Assembly: GCA_040400605.1 (NCBI GenBank)
Contig: JBBAPZ010000003.1
Coordinates: 158,507 to 222,506, forward strand
DNA length: 64,000 nt
Direction: 5' to 3'
Origin: Candidatus Sericytochromatia bacterium
GTDB lineage: Bacteria > Cyanobacteriota > Sericytochromatia > S15B-MN24 > JAQBPE01
The position numbers and the translations under genes were made by a program. The notes beneath the pieces are model-generated. The model made no database searches, was not told the DNA's origin, and worked only from the letters and a program-made list of their open reading frames with translations. This document shows, in pieces, positions 60,523-64,000 of the stretch (positions are counted from its first letter, which is position 1; every line of letters begins with the position of its first letter).

Positions 60523-62217
60523 TTACCAGTCGCGCAGACTTGCTTCCCTTTCGGAGCGGCGATCACGGGCATACGAACTGCCCGGAATTCCTTTGGCATA
60601 TTTCTTGACCTCGGCAGCAAGGCTCGACATTTCCAGAAAGTCTACAAACTGACCCCGTTGGTTATCCACCCAAGCGATCGAAATGCTGCACAGCGGGAAG
60701 GTCTGCAACTGGCCCTGACGATCCAGTGCCATAATATACCCGCGTTCCCGGTCTTCGGCCGGGTACAAATCGATGACCCGTCGATCAAACTCGGCGCACA
60801 GCAACTGACAGGTCTCTTCAGCGTTGTCCGGCCGCGTGATGACGATGAAGTCATCGCCACCAATATGGCCGACAAATTTGACGTTAGCAGGGCCGTTTTC
60901 GCCACAGACACTGCGCAGGATGTCAGCGGTCAGTGTGATGACACGGTCGCCGGCTTCAAAGCCAAACTTGTCATTGAAAGCCTTGAAATGATCGAGATCG
61001 ATGTACAGGACTGCCACCTGCTCGCCAAGTCCCAAACGACGGTTGCACTCCGCTTCGATCATCAAATTGCCCGGTAGCTTCGTCAGTGGATTGGCATTTT
61101 GATCACGGTACTGCATTTCCTGCAATGCCTCACCCATCCGGTTAAACGCCTCAGCCAGCTTACCAAGCTCGCCACCACCACGAACCTGAACCCGTTTGTC
61201 GAGTTGCCCCTGCGAGATGCACGCAGCCTGCGATGCGAGTGCCCGGATCGGTTCCGTGATCGTGAGGGCCAACCATTTGATCGCCAGTGCGCCCAGCAGC
61301 ATCAAGACCAACGCCACCACCGCAATCGCTGTCACCATGTCCCGCGCCGCAGCGTGCAATGGCGTCACATCTTCCGCGATCACCAAAGCGCCAACGAACT
61401 CCCCATACGCACCATAAAGTGGCGCCACAGCAGCCAGATAAGACACCTTGTCAATCGTCACCGGACGACGAATCGCAATCCCCAACTCGCGCGTTTTCGA
61501 AATAAGCTCGATCGGTACCTCGGTGCGGATCCGCTTGCCTTCCGCATCCCGCAAAGTCTGCGCAAGCCAGTGGGCACTGATCTTGTTTTCAGCCACAGTG
61601 CCAAGGTCAAAACTCTCGGCAATGCCCACCTCCAAACCGGTGATCCCCTTCAACTGATCGACAAACGCATCATCCAGCTTCGTGCCAATCCGCACCGCGC
61701 CCAAAATCTCACGCCCACTGACAATCGGAACCGTTGCCTCAACAGCCAAGGCATTGCCTGGCAATACGGCTACACCTTTGGAGGATTCACCCGCCAAAGC
61801 CAAATTCAAACTCGCCGGGTGACGACGCGGACTTTTCAGGGTTGCCACATCACCTCCGTCATATACGACACCGCCCTGACTGTTATAGACACTGACGATA
61901 GTCTCGCGACAAACACTGTGAAAATGGGCACAACGCGCAGCTAACGTGCGGGTGTCACCTTTGCGCATTTTTGCAATGAGATCAGGATTCTGCGCCAACA
62001 TGTTCGCCGTCTTCAATGCATCATCCGAAAAATAATTGAATGTATGCATCGTGACATCCAAGTCGTTGTTCAAACGCTTGTAAGCCTCGATCTGCAATTT
62101 GTCCACGACCATAAAGGACACAACAACCGCCACCAACGCGACGATCGCAAGGGTCATGCCCCCGAACGCCATCCGCAATTTTCTGTCGATTGTCATATCG
62201 ATTGCCATCGAACTCAC
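60523..62217 (-). CDS. Membrane sensor diguanylate cyclase (Cache-like, HAMP, GGDEF)
   Basis: Two TM helices, HAMP (ITEPIRAL...ELGKLAEAFNRM), NPLTKLPGN, DLDHFKAFND, HIGGDDF. Confidence 0.9.
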   Translation of the reverse strand: MSSMAIDMTIDRKLRMAFGGMTLAIVALVAVVVSFMVVDKLQIEAYKRLNNDLDVTMHTFNYFSDDALKTANMLAQNPDLIAKMRKGDTRTLAARCAHFHSVCRETIVSVYNSQGGVVYDGGDVATLKSPRRHPASLNLALAGESSKGVAVLPGNALAVEATVPIVSGREILGAVRIGTKLDDAFVDQLKGITGLEVGIAESFDLGTVAENKISAHWLAQTLRDAEGKRIRTEVPIELISKTRELGIAIRRPVTIDKVSYLAAVAPLYGAYGEFVGALVIAEDVTPLHAAARDMVTAIAVVALVLMLLGALAIKWLALTITEPIRALASQAACISQGQLDKRVQVRGGGELGKLAEAFNRMGEALQEMQYRDQNANPLTKLPGNLMIEAECNRRLGLGEQVAVLYIDLDHFKAFNDKFGFEAGDRVITLTADILRSVCGENGPANVKFVGHIGGDDFIVITRPDNAEETCQLLCAEFDRRVIDLYPAEDRERGYIMALDRQGQLQTFPLCSISIAWVDNQRGQFVDFLEMSSLAAEVKKYAKGIPGSSYARDRRSEREASLRDW

Positions 62218-62288
62218 TCCAACCCTGATAATCCAACAACTATTGCCAACAATTGATATCCCCCCTTGCCTGGAAAAACTGTCGCGGT

Positions 62289-62303
62289 TTAATATAGGCT
62301 TAA
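62289..62303. promoter_or_regulatory. TTAA-N7-TTAA site
   Basis: ggtTTAA-tataggc-TTAAcc in the divergent DGC/S8 intergenic region; variant TTAA-N7-TTAG at 62351-62365. Confidence 0.55.
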
Positions 62304-62406
62304 CCGTGAATTGGTGATTAACTCTGGTCTGTTCCGACCTACACCCATTCTTAAACCAAAATTAGCTCAAGTTGCGTGGGTGCGCTCCCGATAAGTCGAG
62401 TGAAGA

Positions 62407-63768
62407 GTGGCCTGGCGTATTCCCGTGAGGAAGACAGTACCCATGGTGGTTCCACGTTTTTTTTCTCCGTGCGCTCCGGTGCATTTTTGGTGCACGTTAT
62501 CGTTGTTTGCGTTGGCACCGGCGGGTTGTGGTTATGCGGGCGATGGCGCGTTTCCCAAAGCGCGCACACGGGTTGTCGCTGACAGTGTTCCACGCTATGC
62601 CAACCGGGTGGTGGTCAAGTATCGCACAGGCACTTCCGGGCGGCAGATACAGTCATTTGCGCAGCGTTTCGCTTTGCGTTCATTGCGCGACGTGTCATCA
62701 ATTGGGGTGAGCGTACTCGGATTGTCGGGGACGCAAACGGTGGACAAATCGCTTGCGCAGATTCAAGGGGCGCCGGAGGTGCAGTATGCGGAGCCTGCTT
62801 TTTTGTTCAAGTTGGCGCCGGTGGCCCGATCGCGCAAGCCGAGTGGTGTGAGGCGGTTGGCTTTCAGTGTTGACGATGGTTCGGTGAATCGTTTGCCGGA
62901 TGAGGTGCCGTGGGGTTTTAACCGGATTGGTTTGAATCAGGTGCGTGCCGTCAACGCAGGCTCTTCTCAAGTGGTGGTGGCGGTGGTTGATACGGGCATT
63001 GACTTAAGTCATCCTGATTTGACGCAACAGTTGGTGCCAGGCATCAATACCTTGCCCAATGCCTCGGGGCCTGATGATGACCACGGGCATGGCACGCACG
63101 TGGCAGGCGTGATTGCCGCGCGCCCCTATCAGGGGCGGGGGCTGGTCGGGATTGCGCCCCGGTGTCGATTGATGCCGATCAAAGTGTTGGATCGCGAAGG
63201 CAAGGGTGCTACCGATGACATCGTCGCGGGTATTGTCTGGGCAGTTAACAACGGCGCTCGCGTGATTAACCTGAGCCTGGGTGGCACGGGCGGCTCGCGT
63301 GCCCTGCGTGAGGCTGTGGACTATGCGGTCGCCAAAGATGTCCTCCTCGTGGCGGCAATGGGCAATCAAGGTGAAAACCTCCAGGAGTATCCGGCCGGTT
63401 ATCCTGGCGTCATTGCGGTGGGTGCTTCCGATGAGTCGGATCAAAAAGCCGGTTTTTCCAACACCGGCTCCTGGATTTCAGTCTGCGCCCCGGGTGAAAA
63501 CATTTTATCGACGCTCCCGACTCGTCCGGTTTACGTGGTCAAAAATGAAGGAAAACAGATGTACTACGATTGGATGGACGGCACGAGCATGGCCGCTCCG
63601 TTCGTGGCAGGGGTGGCTGCTCTCTTGCGTGCTCAATACCCCAATTCGAGCGCTCAGGCGATTAAGCAGCGGTTGGAGAAAACAGCCGACGATTTGGGTT
63701 CGGCAGGCTACGACGAAGAATTTGGATTTGGTTGTATCAATGCTGCGCGTGCCCTTCGTGGCAGTTAA
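62407..63768 (+). CDS. S8 subtilisin-like serine peptidase, probable lipoprotein with prodomain
   Basis: Catalytic triad VAVVDTG, HGTHVAG, GTSMAAP; prodomain ending PEVQYAEP; lipobox PAGC; start uncertain. Confidence 0.93.
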   Translation: MAWRIPVRKTVPMVVPRFFSPCAPVHFWCTLSLFALAPAGCGYAGDGAFPKARTRVVADSVPRYANRVVVKYRTGTSGRQIQSFAQRFALRSLRDVSSIGVSVLGLSGTQTVDKSLAQIQGAPEVQYAEPAFLFKLAPVARSRKPSGVRRLAFSVDDGSVNRLPDEVPWGFNRIGLNQVRAVNAGSSQVVVAVVDTGIDLSHPDLTQQLVPGINTLPNASGPDDDHGHGTHVAGVIAARPYQGRGLVGIAPRCRLMPIKVLDREGKGATDDIVAGIVWAVNNGARVINLSLGGTGGSRALREAVDYAVAKDVLLVAAMGNQGENLQEYPAGYPGVIAVGASDESDQKAGFSNTGSWISVCAPGENILSTLPTRPVYVVKNEGKQMYYDWMDGTSMAAPFVAGVAALLRAQYPNSSAQAIKQRLEKTADDLGSAGYDEEFGFGCINAARALRGS

Positions 63769-64000
63769 ACAGCGAGGCTGCTTCACAAGACACGTTCTTG
63801 CCGATTCGGTGTGAAGGATATCCAAACAGCATCACAACGCCGGGCCAAGCATGGCGGGAACGCTTGAAGTCTCGGACGCGCGTTGCGCCGCCCCCCAACA
63901 AAAACGGTCACCATGGTAAAATCCCACTGCGTAGTCAAAATTTGATTCTAGCCGCCTCGCTCAACGGGATTCGGGTGGAATGTCTGTCGGGTTTGCATGA

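Noticed and set aside
1..64000. CRISPR array, rRNA/tRNA genes, prophage structural genes
   Set aside because: No regularly spaced repeats or recognisable RNA-gene or phage hallmark sequences seen by eye; a tRNAscan/Infernal run would be needed to exclude them fully

Overview
A gene-dense, GC-rich bacterial chromosomal window with about 45 CDS. I found no rRNA, tRNA or CRISPR array. It carries housekeeping and metabolic genes: glnS, htpG, glpD, lipB, sucA-sucB-lpdA, an orphan pdhA, recA, rpsA, alkB, cdo with a cysE-like gene, an ALDH, a moxR-DUF58-transglutaminase-Omp85 cluster, a diguanylate cyclase and an S8 protease. A small decayed accessory patch (about 32.5-35.4 kb) holds IS3 and IS21-associated remnants, an IS-truncated gene, a lipoprotein and a receiver-domain relic. 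The cyanobacterial-style HtpG, short S1 plus DUF512 gene, and absence of photosynthesis genes suggest (inference only) a non-photosynthetic cyanobacterial lineage. Highlights: (1) a three-gene kleisin/kite/SMC operon (MksFEB/JetABC-like) with no JetD nuclease, head-to-head with a patatin phospholipase-lipoprotein pair next to recA; (2) an isolated replication-initiator-like HTH gene preceded by a predicted ~45-nt counter-transcribed RNA; (3) recurrent TTAA-N7-TTAA (CtrA-box-like) sites; (4) a GAAC-N4-GTTY SOS box at recA; (5) several apparent pseudo-enzymes (CysE, PLD, TrxB) and a stand-alone FlhA cytoplasmic domain; (6) a 270-codon frame broken by single TGA and TAG stops. All calls come from motif recognition by eye, not database searches.
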